Source of the DNA: Octopus vulgaris
Taxonomy: Eukaryota
Direction: 5' to 3'
Length of the DNA: 64,000 bases
Assembly (NCBI GenBank): GCA_951406725.2
Contig: OX597818.1
Location: 14,074,001 to 14,138,000, forward strand
The position numbers and the translations under genes were made by a program. Below the pieces are notes generated by a model, which had not been told where the DNA came from, made no database searches, and was given only the letters and a program-made list of their open reading frames with translations. Positions within the stretch are counted from its first letter, which is position 1; every line of letters starts with the position of its first letter. Below, piece after piece: positions 39,690 through 53,979 of the stretch.

Positions 39690-40188
39690 GCTCACATCTT
39701 CGAACAGGGCCTTAGGTTCCATTTAGAAGCTGCTGGAGAATGAGGTCAATTCTCGCCCTGGAGGGGCTTGAAACTGGAGAGCCATATGCGTGGTAGAACG
39801 ATTCTGATCCTTGACATGCCCCCTGTGTCAGAAATGTGGTTGTCAGAAATGTTTTACGACTTCCGCAACCTCAATTACGACCTGCTAACTCCCTCGAATG
39901 TAACCCATGTTTACTCTGTGTGGGACGCTGTTGCGAAATACGACGGCCTTTCTTCCTGCAATACCAAGGGCGAGCTGTTGACCAAGATCGAAGTGTTCGA
40001 TGATTCTCCCACGTACACATGCACCAAAACCAGGAGCCGTTTTGATGCTGTAGTTAAATCTAAAGGCGGCAATTTGGATAAACTGTTAACCTCCAATCAT
40101 AATCTCGTTGATAATTTCAATTTTCAGATAGTTTATATTGTGGGTTTTTGCTGTTATGCAAACTGTCGTATTTGTCCCAAGCACCCTA
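39690..40188 (+). mobile_element. Tc1/mariner-superfamily (DD37D-like) transposase C-terminal relic with 3' TIR
   Basis: WLSEMFYDF...YSVWDAV...RSRFDAVVKSKGG; ends CAAGCACCCTA-TA. Confidence 0.6.
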
Positions 40189-40362
40189 TACATGCAAGCT
40201 CGCGCGCACACATTTTGAGATAGAGATACCTACATATACATGAACGTATATATCAATACACACACACACACACATGCACACACACATACACGCACACACA
40301 CGCACACACACACACATATATATATATATATACATATTTACATATATATGCATATATACGAG

Positions 40363-40551
40363 CCACGTTGGCGATTTTTTCCTCCGTCTTTCCTTCCTTG
40401 GATCTTTCCTTTTCCTATATTTCTGACGAAGAGCTCCGCTCGAAACGCTAAAGCCTTCTTCTTTCCTTCCTTTCCTGAGCGTCCAATAACACTATACTGG
40501 TTCCGCGTCCTCGCGTTTTTGTGTTTTCTCGTTGTGTTTTCATGTTTGGAT

Positions 40552-40555
<4 letters not shown>
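40363..40555 (+). mobile_element. short PLE 3'-terminus cassette with hammerhead (U16.1>C)
   Basis: TTT-CTGACGA-A-GAGC-TCC-GCTC-GAAACGCT-AAA at 40420-40452; ends TTTGGATTAAC then (TA)n. Confidence 0.78.
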
Positions 40556-40587
<32 letters not shown>

Positions 40588-41004
40588 TATATATAAACAC
40601 ACATATATATATATATATACATACATATATAAATATATATATATATATATATTCATATATATATATATACATATATATATACATAGTTGAAAAATATCAT
40701 CATAGGTATAAATATACCATAAATAATTATATAAAAATGGAGGAGAAAAAGATGTGGCATCAAAATTAGATTTAATACAAATTTGAATTCATTATATATG
40801 CGCATTTCAAAGGACAATACAAATATCTAAGAAAAATATTATAATCATAAAAAAATTATATTCAAAACCATAGTACGTCTGATATTAGTAAGAAATATAA
40901 TTATAAAACCCTAACACTTGTGAGGTTAAAGGTAATTTTAAAATAAAAAATACTGTATATAAAGCTACTATCACAACGCATGATCACTCTAGGTTTCATT
41001 ATAT

Positions 41005-41169
41005 AGGTTGCACGCAGATCTCTCTTAACCTCATAGTTCCGGCTTCAGTTCCACAGCGTGGAACCATGGGTAAATCTTCTTCTATAGACTTGGGCCTACC
41101 AAAGCCTTGTGAGTGGAACTTGTAGACGTAAACTGAGAGAAGCCAGTCGTATATATATATATATATATA

Positions 41170-41249
<80 letters not shown>

Positions 41250-41430
41250 TGTTTGTCCCCGCACCATCGCTTGACAATCGATGTTGATGCGTTTATGTTC
41301 TCGTAACTTAGCGGTTCAGCAAAAGACACCGACAAAATACGTACTAAGCTAACAAAGAATAAGACCTGGGGTCGTTTTATTAGACTAAAGATGGTGCTCC
41401 AGCATGGCCGCAATCAAATGAAGAAAAGCA
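41005..41430 (+). mobile_element. SINE family A
   Basis: colinear with 707-1285 including the internal (TA)(TG) tract and CCAGCATGGCCGCA tail. Confidence 0.75.
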
Positions 41431-42024
41431 ATATATATATGTTTTAGTAAACGTCAGAACGTCGAGTGAGTTGATATTCTTATTCTTGAAATTAAGTATA
41501 TCTTGAAAGGGAGGGTATAGTTGTTTAGAGTTTCGGCTAAATGCTCCCACCTTTCAAGACGGAAAAAAAGAACAAACCAGCCGCAAATAAACGAGTAAAC
41601 TAGCTCCAACAGAAAATCGTACTTTGGAGGTTCTTCTGCACTGCGAATGTTTGCTATATTTTGTCAAAGCAAAGAATACTTGAAGACAAAGATATAATAT
41701 ACATTAAATATATAGAAGTTGAAATGAACACATCAAAGGCTGCCGAGAACTAAAAACGTTTATAAATCAAAGCAGCACAAGACTTTAATATCAAAATCAA
41801 TTAATAAGCTTCTATTTCTAAATATTCATATTCAAAATAAAAACAATAACCTATTGTTAGTATATACCAAATCCAAACATAGACACACACACATGTATGT
41901 TCAGATAGAAACTAAAACTTTCATACTCATATATGCACACAAATACATACATACGTATGTGTGTATGCATATACACAAGCACACGCACACATACACATAC
42001 ACACACACACATACATACATACAC

Positions 42025-42077
<53 letters not shown>

Positions 42078-42175
42078 GGTGGAGAGGCAAAGATACGGAG
42101 TGAGAGAGCCGAGTACTAGCGTGTTTCTATTTACCTATATATACATATTCATTTATTTACTAAAAAATAGCACAC

Positions 42176-42204
<29 letters not shown>

Positions 42205-42213
<9 letters not shown>

Positions 42214-42450
42214 TCCTCTGCTCTCTCTCTTCTCCCACTTACCCAGCCGTTGCCTGCCTCCCGTTCCCCCTCACCTACCATTCCTCCATACTACGTCTCG
42301 ACCGCAGTATTCTCCGAGCCTTCTGGTGACTCTAGTCCGACCCCCCCCCACTTCGCACATCTTCCCCAACCGACCCCTTCACTCCTTCAAACGAACTCAC
42401 ATCCTGCGGGAACTCCTGGACTACAGTTTCTTCCCTAAACCCACTTCACT
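42205..42450 (+). mobile_element. Neptune-like PLE linker fragment
   Basis: LPFPLTYHSSILRLDRSILRAF...TSHIFPNRPLHSFKRTHILRELL matches the 24230-24430 region of the large element. Confidence 0.8.
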
Positions 42451-42936
42451 CATAGGACGAGGTGGTTAGGTGAGTGGGGTTGGTGTCAAAAGGGCTGGCA
42501 TTTTCCAACTTGATCACCTCTGCCAGTTAAACTCCCAACCCATGCGTTCCCGACGTGACACTGATTGCACAGAACTGGGTTGGGTGTGAAACCAAAGTTC
42601 AACAAACGAGATTTATGTGAATTTTCAAAATCATGCTATTTTGCTGCCAAATTCAAGTTTTTCGCTTTCTTCTGCTTCCTTTTTTGTCCGACTAATGGCA
42701 CGTGCACAGTTCTGCTAAATTTCCATGATTATGCCGTTCCAGGAGTTAAAACTGAAGTCCAATGAATATTAATTACTCTCATAAAAAGCTCCAACTAGCT
42801 CATAAACAGCAAAACTGGCCCGGGCTTAAATGTGATAAGAAACTTAGCTCTTGATTTAGTGAGAAATTTTTACGGCGACTCGGCAACGAACAACGAGCAC
42901 TAGCACTAGACCCGGCAACGCCGGGTCATAGTGCTA

Positions 42937-42937
<1 letters not shown>
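42450..42937 (+). mobile_element. Helitron-type 3' portion
   Basis: hairpin GACCCGGC-AAC-GCCGGGTC then TGCTAG|T, like the 3' end of 21951-22737; 5' boundary uncertain. Confidence 0.6.
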
Positions 42938-42974
<37 letters not shown>

Positions 42975-43269
42975 GAAAGACTCTCCCGCTGAAGATGACG
43001 TATAAGTGTTGTGCTCTTGCCGTACGACTTGCACAAACGATTTGTTTATAGTGATTAAATGTTCGTGCTGCACATTAGGTCAATCTCTCCTTCAAATCAA
43101 AGTTGCTTGAATAGGTGCACTGTCTACAACGCGTGAGTTGTCGAAGTGACTGCCTGCAGAACAACGCCAGATGATGTGTTTTGCTTAAGAAGACAACGTA
43201 CCACCTGTTTTTGGAATTGCAATCACGATTTAGCGACTGAAACACTCTAACCACTTAGTCATGCACCCT

Positions 43270-43317
<48 letters not shown>

Positions 43318-45158
43318 ATATATAATTACATATAGATAGATAGATAGATACAGGCAGACAGACAGACAGGCACACAGACAAACAGGTAGACAGAGATAGT
43401 GACCAAGAGACCTATTCATCCAAATCTGTAATTCATTTTCATCCTGTACGAAGAAGCCTTTATCATAAGCAAACTTAATCATCAAACAGTCTTTGTTGGT
43501 TTATTACAATTCAACATAAAAGTAGTTCGCTAACACAAGATAATATATTCTACTCATGACACAATGAAAGACGATCTAACTTCCATTTCTAATGTAAACA
43601 TTATTGTTATTCTATAAAGGAATCCAATAATCCTAGAACTATTAATAACTTTCTTTAGGTTTCTTTTCACTGGTATTAACATCTAATGCACCAGGTAATA
43701 GTCTGCAATTTAAAATGCAAATTATCGGAAAGATAAATATTGGACCTGTTATTGCTAGAAGCACCATTAGAAGTAAAATATTTATGAAAAATGAGGAACA
43801 TTCTAATATCAATGCTCTTTAATATAGATCGAGGCAAACGATCTTGAGTAGGTATGTTACGTTTATGAACCTATCATATAGCTTTCGATTCCAATGGGAA
43901 GTTTTTTTCACTCTATTTAAGTCGATAATGCTGAGGTGAAACACGTGATCAGAGAAATTTTTCAGTCCCAAATCCTTTAGATATAACCCTTTATCGTTGC
44001 ATTTCTGCGATCATGAGAATTTGCTATCATCCTCTATTATTAATTTAGTCAGTTAATATATATTGCTGAAATTATTCTGCAAACGACTTAAATACAAAAT
44101 CGTTTTCTATTTACATAAATTATTCGATTTTATAACCTTTATCTGATACTATAGTTAAAAGAACAGTAGAAGCTCATATTATTTTCATGACATTAAATTT
44201 AATGAAATTTCATAATATTCCGCTTGTCTTTGGAATTTATGATTATAATGTAAGGTACTTTGTCATCATATTAAATTTACGTTATGCCTCTGAGGTTCAA
44301 ACAAACCCTGTTAGTTTACTTCACGATGTGACAAATATACATATCTATTTGATTTATATTTTAAAAGAAGTACGGGGTATACCAAAAATGAATTCTCAGT
44401 AAGCTCTAACGTAAACGTTACTATGTATTACATATTCAGTTGTGATGAAGGTAAAAGATACAAATGCATTTCTTTTTCATGAAATTTCTTCGGCAGAAAA
44501 TATATTAATGACTTAATTTGTAACCAAACATACCATGACACACTATACTGCTTTGAAAAACAAACTATATATTAATATATATTATATTTTAGAATATGAT
44601 GGACACGAATATGATCCTGACTACGAGTAGGTATACCGAAATTAATAGTTTTAATATTTCACTTGATTTCTGGAAAATGGTTTTGTCTCTTAGGAGTTAC
44701 AGTTAACCAAACAGTCTTAATATATTAATTGCTTTTATAAAGATTTTGATTGCTTTAAATTGTATTTGAGCATTTAAGCGTGCATCTTGAGTATAAAACT
44801 TAAACAGTCTGTATATTCTTTAACGTTGTAAAACAGCAACATGATTGTCATAAGTACGTAAATGAAGATAATTTCCAAAGCGGGAATAACCAAAGCGAAT
44901 TTTGTTTTCAAAAACACTGAACCACAGCCAGAATTGTTTAGGCAAACAAATATTTATATTGATAAAATTTACACAAAATGTTTGTATTTTGTAGGAATTA
45001 ATATATATATGCAACAACGCACACATATCGTAGACTACGAGTTTAGAAAAAATATTTCTAGCATAAAATACAAATACAAATAATATAAATGTTAAAATAT
45101 TAATATTATTGATTGTAACAAGTATTAAATATTTATTTAGTAACAAATTACATATATT

Positions 45159-45207
<49 letters not shown>

Positions 45208-45224
45208 GTGTGTGCGTTTGTGTA

Positions 45225-45255
<31 letters not shown>

Positions 45256-45639
45256 ATGTAAATGTATATATATGTGTGTGTGTGAAAAGGCTGAATTATA
45301 TTTCAACCTTTCCTTGGATGGTTCCAAAGACCGATTCCTTACAAAGATTAATCATATTTAGCCGGTAGCTTTCTGGCGTAAGATTTATGTGAATATGAAA
45401 TAATTACATGTACGAGCAAAACGCCCCTCGTCCAATTGATGGTGCTGAGTTGTCAAACATTTAAACCAAATTTTCTCAAAACAACTAGTCCGACCGTCTC
45501 ATAGGCCTCCCCTTTGAGAAACACTGATTTAACCTAAATTTGAGACACCAGCAAAAGAAGAAATAAAGATAGAAAGTTAAGGCAAAAAAAAAACTTCTTG
45601 AGAAGGCAAATAATATTTCCTTCCTTCATGCCAAGTTTG

Positions 45640-45979
45640 AAGAAAATATCTCTTTTGCATCTTACTTTTTGGGTCTCTAAAATATACTGCATACTGTGGC
45701 ATCATTTCAAGCCAGCTGGCTTTTTTTTTGCGCAAACTGCACGTGCAGTTTTCTCGCATACGCGTAGTATCGATCGCAACAGCTGATGTACTTGCGCATT
45801 CCCACGGCTTTATCGATCGCATTCTCACCTGGAATCGATTTTTGTAATTTTTTCAAGACTTATACACGCCCTGATACCATCGGTATCTACATATCAAATT
45901 TGAGCGCAATCAGATGGAGGATGTCCGAGATCCTAGAAGACGCACACACAAACAGACAGATTGGATTTTATATAATAGA
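45640..45979 (-). mobile_element. Helitron-type 5' portion
   Basis: minus strand TCTATTATATAAAATCCAATCTGTCTGTTTGTGTG...CTGATTGCGCTCAAATTTG has the same architecture as the 22737 end; no 3' CTAG hairpin seen. Confidence 0.55.
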
Positions 45980-47405
45980 TATGTTGTGTTAAGAGAATTT
46001 ATGGAAAATCATCCCATAGAAACAGGAGGAAATGTTAGAATTTGAAAGAATTTTAATACATGCATACGATCATTTTGGACAGCGATATTATCATGTAAAT
46101 AACATGGTAGCATAGTTAACATTAATTTGATTAATTTAAATTAATTACACATCGCTGTTCTCTTCAGTGCAAGAAGTATATAACAATAGTTATCATTTTT
46201 ACAGAAGATTTGTTGAAGGAGATAGCAGATAACAAATTTTGATACTAAAGAATTTCGTTGAGTTTAATTGTGTATTAACTAAAACTGATACACCTAATGG
46301 TTATTTGAAAATATGAGGGGGAAATGTTTAAGAGACGTCCTCTCCATATAAGAATAAGTGAATAAGTAACTTATCAGAGGAAGTTTCATAGAAGAAAGTC
46401 ATAGTTATGTTTAAATTAGGATATGACTTGACAGTTATACGTAATATTAGGTATAGTGTGTATTTTAAAAAATATTATGTGTGTGAGAATAAAATTAAAA
46501 TAGTGAAAAAGTAGTTGTATAATAGCCTGCAAGAGTGCAACGATAGTTATAGTTAGTAGAAATACTTGAATAATTACATAAATGGAATATTTTTATAGCG
46601 TAAGAACTTATATTCATTTGTGTGTTTTAAGTAATATGGTAAAAAAAAACTCCACAAAAATAAAAATACGAAAAATAGTTGTTAATATTACAAAATTAAG
46701 ATAGAAAATATTTGTTGTTGCTAAAATTATCAAGAAAAATGGTCATAGGTATAAGATATTGTAAGACTGGAAATTAGCAACGTAGGGGAGATAAACCTGG
46801 GACAAGGTAGTAAATATTTAAAAAAAAACTTATCTAATTTTGTAGGTTGTCTGTTTGTCTATAAATATAAATGTGAGTTGAGAAATTTAGCTTGCCATCA
46901 AGTGAGAGAGATATATACTAATATCATATAAATAATGAGTGTTTAACTAATATAAGGCTATTCTGTATTGTGAATATAAGAAAAATATTTATATATTTAT
47001 GGAGTTGTGGGTACACATAAGTATACTGAAATAATTCATATATAAAAAGTCTTATAAAGGAAAAAAAGTTGATAGTATATACTGGTATTATTTGCAGAGA
47101 ACATATCTGCGAAAAAATACACATGGAATTATGCATTTCAGCTGTTTTATTTGAGGGTGAATATGAAAGAGGGGACACCGTGCAAGAAAGATAAGAATGC
47201 TTATACGGTGCAAAGATAGAGAAAAAAGGGGTCAAAAGGGATATAGATATAATTACAAATTACAATTACCTACATATACAAAAGTTACTATTATTCTGAA
47301 ATCTACAGATACATACACTTCCACCCGTATGCATGTCCAAACATTGGTGTATATGTACATGTGCATGCATGTGTTTGTGAGTGTGAGACATATGTATATG
47401 TGCAC

Positions 47406-47448
<43 letters not shown>

Positions 47449-47649
47449 TACACACACTTTTCGTAGACTACGACTTCAGAAAAATTATTTTTAGCATAAA
47501 ATACACAAAATAAAAATGTTAGCATATTAACTCATATAGTACCAATTAGTAAATACATATTTAATAACGAACCATGTAATCCACACCCTCGAAAACGTAT
47601 TTCTATAAAATGTTTGGAGCGGGAGATGAAATTTCTGAGGGTTCCAGCA

Positions 47650-47970
47650 TGCCCCAACTCCCGTTTTCCGGACAAAAGAAGTGTTTTGTGGCATATTAGG
47701 AGGCCACCATAATTCATTCAACGGAAAAAAACAAGAATTTTCCAATGATTCCGGAAAGGGGAAGGGTGAAATTACCGCGTATTCTCCCCCACCCTCGTTT
47801 TCCGGACAAAAAATAGATGTTGTCGCATATTAAAAGGTCACCGTAATTCATTCAACGAAAAAATATTTCTGGGATAGGGATTGGTCCGGTTGCCCCTTCC
47901 TTTCTTCGAAACAAGAATAAGGGGTTTGCGGCACATTAGGAGGTCAGGGTACTTAATTCCACGCAAAAAA
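47650..47970. repeat. three diverged tandem units (~105-135 bp)
   Basis: TTTCCGGACAAAA...GCATATTA..AGG.CACC.TAATTCATTCAACG repeated at ~47665, ~47798 and ~47900. Confidence 0.65.
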
Positions 47971-48638
47971 ATCCGATGTTTATTTTTCTTAGTGAAACGT
48001 GTACGGATGTATCTCCAAAACATTTACCGAATTTAAACAAATAAGTTGAGCAGGAATGTGTCCAGCTCAAAATCATAATTCCGTGATTTGAACTCCTTGT
48101 CAGGACGGCGCGTTATGACATTGAGCTGGACATTTCATTTGACGTTGCTCAATTATATTCAGCTGTAAACGAGAACTGACTGGTTGATTCTGTTCCACTC
48201 CAGTTCATACACCTTGGATGTGCTGCTGGGTCAAGTGAGTCTGTTTCGATTGTGTCTGCGCGTTCATGGCTATATTGCTGCCTACATCAATTTACGAAAG
48301 CATGCTATATGTTAGGAAGATCTGGCTTGCTAGTGAAGGATGGTTACTTTACAATGGCAAGCTACGAATTGTTGACACAATGCCAATAGTTTTACATAAA
48401 AAATTCTGTAATATTTGTAGCTTCATAGCTAAAACAAAATTGCTCAAACTAGACGATTTGCACTGAAGTCGCATTGGTTATCTCTGAAACTCATTTTAAA
48501 GTACTTCCTCTCTATTGTAATAACACTTATCTTAAATTCTAAAAAAGCATCTTTTGTGATGAAACCTACATTTATCCTAAGATATTTTCTATATATTTAT
48601 ATTACCTGATTACAGTGTAATTACTGATAGGATAATTA

Positions 48639-50147
48639 AACTGGCCAACAAATTCTAAGTTTTTCTGATAGCCTAAGTCTGAGACCTATTTTGGTGTAAT
48701 TTGCGGTTACTGAGTTTAAAAAGGGCAATAGCTTTTTCTATCACGTCTAATTTTCTTCTTTTCATCGGGTTGGCCCATATTAGCCTTACCCGTAGCTCCA
48801 CGTTTGAAATGTTTGAATCCCCACTGACACTTTTTGTTATGTATGTGGGTGTTTTACAGTACCAAGTCAAAGAATGAACGTTAGTAAAATTGGGAAAAGA
48901 TACTACTTGGTTTAATTAAAGATTAAAGTTGGTGATCAGGATAAATCGTGGGCCGGCACAATATATGTATAACCTATGTCGAAGATCTATACCAATTAAC
49001 AAAGGGCACAAATAAACAACAAATATTTGTCATTCCTATGTTATGGTGGGAACCAAAGAACTATGTAAGCGACTGCTACTTTTGTTAAAGCAAGAGAACA
49101 TGACAGAAAATAGGTTACCCAAATCTGGATTCAGCAATTCATCCAGTGCTTCACTCAGGTGAAATACCACTTCCCGTTTTCAAGGATCTACCTTCATTCC
49201 ATGATAAAACAGATATATGTGTAATCGATATGAATCATGAACATGACTGTGATACAGACTTTATAGAATCATCAACCAAAGAAGTGCAATCTTCAACCAG
49301 GCAGAACCTAATGATTTAGTTAGAGACCTAGGACTGTCAAAAGAGTTATCAGAACTGTTAGCTTTTATACTTAAAGAGAAGAATTTGTTGCAGAAAAAAA
49401 CAAACGTTACTTTTTTACCAGAACAAGGAAAAAGATCTCTTGGCATTCGTTACAGCTGGAAAATATTTTTCTTACTGTTGTGACGTGGCAGGACTGTTAA
49501 AAATGATGGGTATTGAACAGTATAATCCTAATGAATGGAAACTCTTATAGAGTTGGTGGAGACAATACTTGATAGCTTACATCTTTTAGGCTACAACATG
49601 AGCATGAAGCTTCATTTTCTCAACAGCCATCTCGATGAATTTCCTGCTAATTTCGGTGACATGAGCGATGAACATGGTGAGCTCGTTGATCAAACAATCA
49701 AGATTATGGAGGAGAGGTATCAAGGCCAATGGGACACACACACGACGGCAGACTGCTGTTGAAGCATTCAAAGCGACTGTGTAGACATGAAATACTCCAC
49801 ATGCTCTCGTAAGCGAAAATTTGTTCTGTGAATATGAAGGTATATGTACGATTGTTTGTGCATTAGCCATCATATCAGAAAATTAGTAGTATTTATTTAG
49901 TAAATGGTGATGCTATCTTACATTTCGTCTTCTATTGACATTTATAATTTATGGTTTTAAGCTATAAGACTTAGTAAACTATCTTGACCAAGTATATTAT
50001 TTATACAGTACATCATAAAATAGGGAAATGCTATAGAATGAAAACTTGATGTGCAAGGAAAAATGGATGCCCTATTTGAAACCAGCATCTCAAAATTAAC
50101 TAAAAACAATCACAAAACCGAAGCCAGAAAAAGTGTGATGACCAGTG
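48639..50147 (+). mobile_element. Chapaev3-like (CMC) DNA transposon, internally deleted
   Basis: IKVGDQDKSWA, IPMLWWEPKNYVSDCYFC, NDLVRDLGLSKELSELLA..LKEKNLL, MSMKLHFLNSHLDEFPANFGDMSDEHGE...MEERYQGQW; termini TTA-AACTGGCCAAC...GATGACCAGTG-TTA. Confidence 0.7.
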
Positions 50148-53100
50148 TTATTTTGAGTGTGATGTGTTTTCTCAAACAATATCCGATGCGTGTTATAAGA
50201 AAAAAAAGACTCAGAAGTAATCACTTTAAAGCTGTAGCGGTATTTTTCTTTTGAACCAGATAATATAAAAAAATACACGATTGATATAGAGATTGTATTA
50301 AATTGTATATTTGGAAATCTATTGTAAAATATTAAAACTCCAATCGATGCAATACAAAATTTTAAAATAGCGCTTAAAATGGCATATATCTGGTAAGAGT
50401 TTGAGCCTTGTTCATAAATAGTAACACTGTTTCTTGTTGAACATACAATAGTCACTTTCAATTCAATTAACGATAGACATATACTTTTTTTAGACTTATG
50501 TATCAAGACCGAAAGCTACAAATTTTATTAAGATACTAACATACATATAATTTGACCGAAGCTAAGTTTGACGAGCGAAATCGAGTTAGCGAAAACTCCA
50601 CAAGATATTAACGTAGTAATAAATGGCCATTATCTGCAAATATTTACGAAAATATTTCATTACATGTTGTTTGACTAGCTCGAAGTCTGTTTCACAAAAT
50701 TTACGAGAAAATTGAATTTCAAGATATACGTATACACACACATACAGACACAAACACAGACACAGACACAAACACACACACACAAACACCTACATATAAA
50801 CACATACACATTTAAATGTATATAAATATGTCTATATATGTATATAAGTATATATATGTATATACGTATATGTATATACATATGCATGTATGTATATTTG
50901 TATTATGTAAGTGCTGATTTCGCATTAAGTACTTCTACCGGTTGGACAGCTGTACTTTGTGGTTGAGTACACGACAATAATTGTAATTTAAGTCTATCTT
51001 CTGTTTTCAGTTTATTTGAAAATTTCCAGAATTCCTGAGTCGCTTGAATCCAAGTTTTGTTCATGCAAAATATTTTATATATTGTAATATTATTTTTCAG
51101 GCACTGTCGGCAGCATGCTTTTCTATACAGACTTATACATTATTATTGCATAATTAATATATTCCATCTTTTCACTTATGAAAGTAATGAATTTTTTCTT
51201 AATAAATAAATAAATAAATAAATAACTTTACAATCATTAATAACGTAATAGTTCTTCTAACAATTACCAATATATATTGAAAGATCGAAATAAAATTATC
51301 TAAATAATCGAGGTTTTCTAAACATTTTATATAAAGTGTATGCAGTAATTTGTAAGCTATAATTTCTTCAATGTAAATATAACCTAAGATGTACCAATAT
51401 CATAAATTTTACGGTACACAATTCATGGCAACTGGATACAAAAATTTCGCTCAATTTATAATATTAGATGTTTGGTATCAAACGATGTATTGAAGCGACA
51501 CAATATATATACAACAAAATTATAGATGAAGTTAACACAGAATATTACAACATAATACATTTTAATATTTGAAGTCTAAAAGAAAGGAAACAAATACTTC
51601 AAATGTGTCAATTAAATGTTTCAATTAAATGTTGAAAACTTCAAAACTCCATATTTGAAACATCCGCTTCAAAACATTTTTAAAATTAGAATAAAGAATG
51701 AATTTAGTTTTAACAAGTTTTAAAATCGCTTTTAATTATTATTCATTTACTTATTTATTCAGTTATTTATTTTCCTTCATCAACAAACACAGTTTTTGTA
51801 TAAATGATACACTTAAAGTCAGCTCACATATTATTAACACAGATATATCGGTAGTGTTGCATTTCATTTCACGAATCATATTCTATATATTATGGTAAAA
51901 TATAATATAATTCATGGTTGCCTTTCAAATTTTGCAGTAAGAAGGGTCCTTTTTTCTGTGTGTATTATACGAAAGTGTTGTAATGAGAGCCGTGTGTATC
52001 CGGATGCAACAACGTGTGGTTGAGTGGAAATTCTTATGTGTATGGATATATGCATGTTGGCCTGTATTTTTGAATATGTTACATACGAATGTATTGTTGA
52101 ATGAATGTGCGTTTGCGTATGTATGCTTGTTTCTAAAAATGATAGTATGTGCCGTTTATAAAAAGTAATAAATCGATATCTTTCTGCTGAGTACAGCAAT
52201 GCTCAGTATATTAGTTTGGCTAAATCGAATAGAAAAAAAACTATACATAATTCAACTATTTTCAAAATAATTTGTCGTAATGCTATCGATTTCTAGCTGC
52301 TCTTTGCGAAGTCACTGCTATCTATTGTCCTTTCCTCTTTTATCTTCATTATTCGATGGCCCGCTTTGAAGGGCTTTCATCAATCACATTAACCACAGTG
52401 TTTATGTTTAAGTCTGGTGCTTATCTCACACTTCTATTCATAGCTTGCTAGGTTTCCTTAATATGAACAAATACGCTATAATTTTCAAGTGATTTCTAAG
52501 TAAAGGGAGTCACAGACGAAGAGACACAGAGATAGACGCCCAGATACGCATACAAACACAGGCGCACATGTACGCAAACACACACACGTGTAGATATATG
52601 CTAACGTTTCTCCATAGACAGATAAATGCATGCATACATGCAGACATACAGACAAAAAAACTCAGATTCACCATTTTCCAGTAGCAGATGCAAAATATGC
52701 ACTAGTGATAGTAATTGAAAACAAAAGCATACATAAAACATGAGGATAACATTGCCACCTTTCAAACCACGTCGCACCCTATACATATACAATGGACTTC
52801 AACACAATCTTCATCAACTATTTTCATTGACAATTCATTTATCAACTCGAAGCCAAAACAGACACCTGCCCAAAATATGCAGCAGGAATGAATCCGAAAG
52901 TATATGGTTGAGAAAGGAAATACTTATCTCACAATCGTATCTACACGCAGGTTTTTCTTTCTTTGTATATTTCACTAATGTGTAACTTATTCCTTGTAAA
53001 AATTGTTTCGTCATTCCTGGACTTGTTGAAAATTATTACAAACTTCGTACTGCTAAAAGCATAAAATAAGTCATGTTAGAAATTAAATATCATAACAAGC

Positions 53101-53979
53101 TCTTTTACTCTTTTTTTTTTTTACTCTGACTATATTTTTAAATATCGTTTTATCATTTTGGCATTACATCAACCGCACTGTCGAACTGGTACTTATTTTA
53201 TCAATCCCAAAATGATGAAAGGCTAAGCATTTTACCTGGTGTAATAACGATTTTACCACTTTGCCGCCTTGTAATATTTTATATTATTGGTTTCTTGATT
53301 GAGTTGAGCGACACTACATCCTCAAAGGAGTGCAACATGCAATAGTGATGATGGTAGTCTCCCGAAGTCAAAGGAAAACGGATCAGCAATTTTTGCAGAA
53401 CAACCTGCACAAATGATTTTGTGTATAGTGATCTGATGCATGTGCTGTACTTTAACCGGAAGTTCTTGTTGACGAACACCAGCAGTAATTTTACTCAGCT
53501 GAATACACGTCGTTGATTGGTTGAAATTACGGAATTACGTCAACTTTAACTTAAAATAACTTCGTAAATATAAGTCTTTCTCAAAAATGCTAAGAGTAAA
53601 ATAGGTTTTATATGAGACATTCTAGCAGTGTCCGAAGTTTGAAAGTGTTTAGTTACACAAAATTATTTTTAAAATCTGTAGGTCAAAAGGTAAAGATCCC
53701 AGTACTTATTACATTATTTTTTTAATGTTATTTCTACATCTGACATCTCGATACGAAACGTTGTAACAAAATAATATTATCCATATAGTTGGAAATAGCT
53801 GTTAAATCTTCACCAAATCATATCTTACAATCTACAAAGCATGTACTCCAGTCTTATGCTAAAAATCCATTTGAGAGTGCAGTTTCTGCTTCATGCATTC
53901 CGATATATGTGCTTGAAAACTAAAACAATTTACATTATGAATGTTTTCGAAAAAAAAATTCAACTTAAGAATTTCATCA

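Noticed and set aside
43829-43849. Mini-exon at about 43829-43852 encoding DRGKRS* as a neuropeptide cleavage site
   Set aside because: Too short to distinguish from chance; no precursor context
47650-47970. CRISPR-like repeat-spacer array
   Set aside because: Only three long diverged units, eukaryotic context, no cas genes
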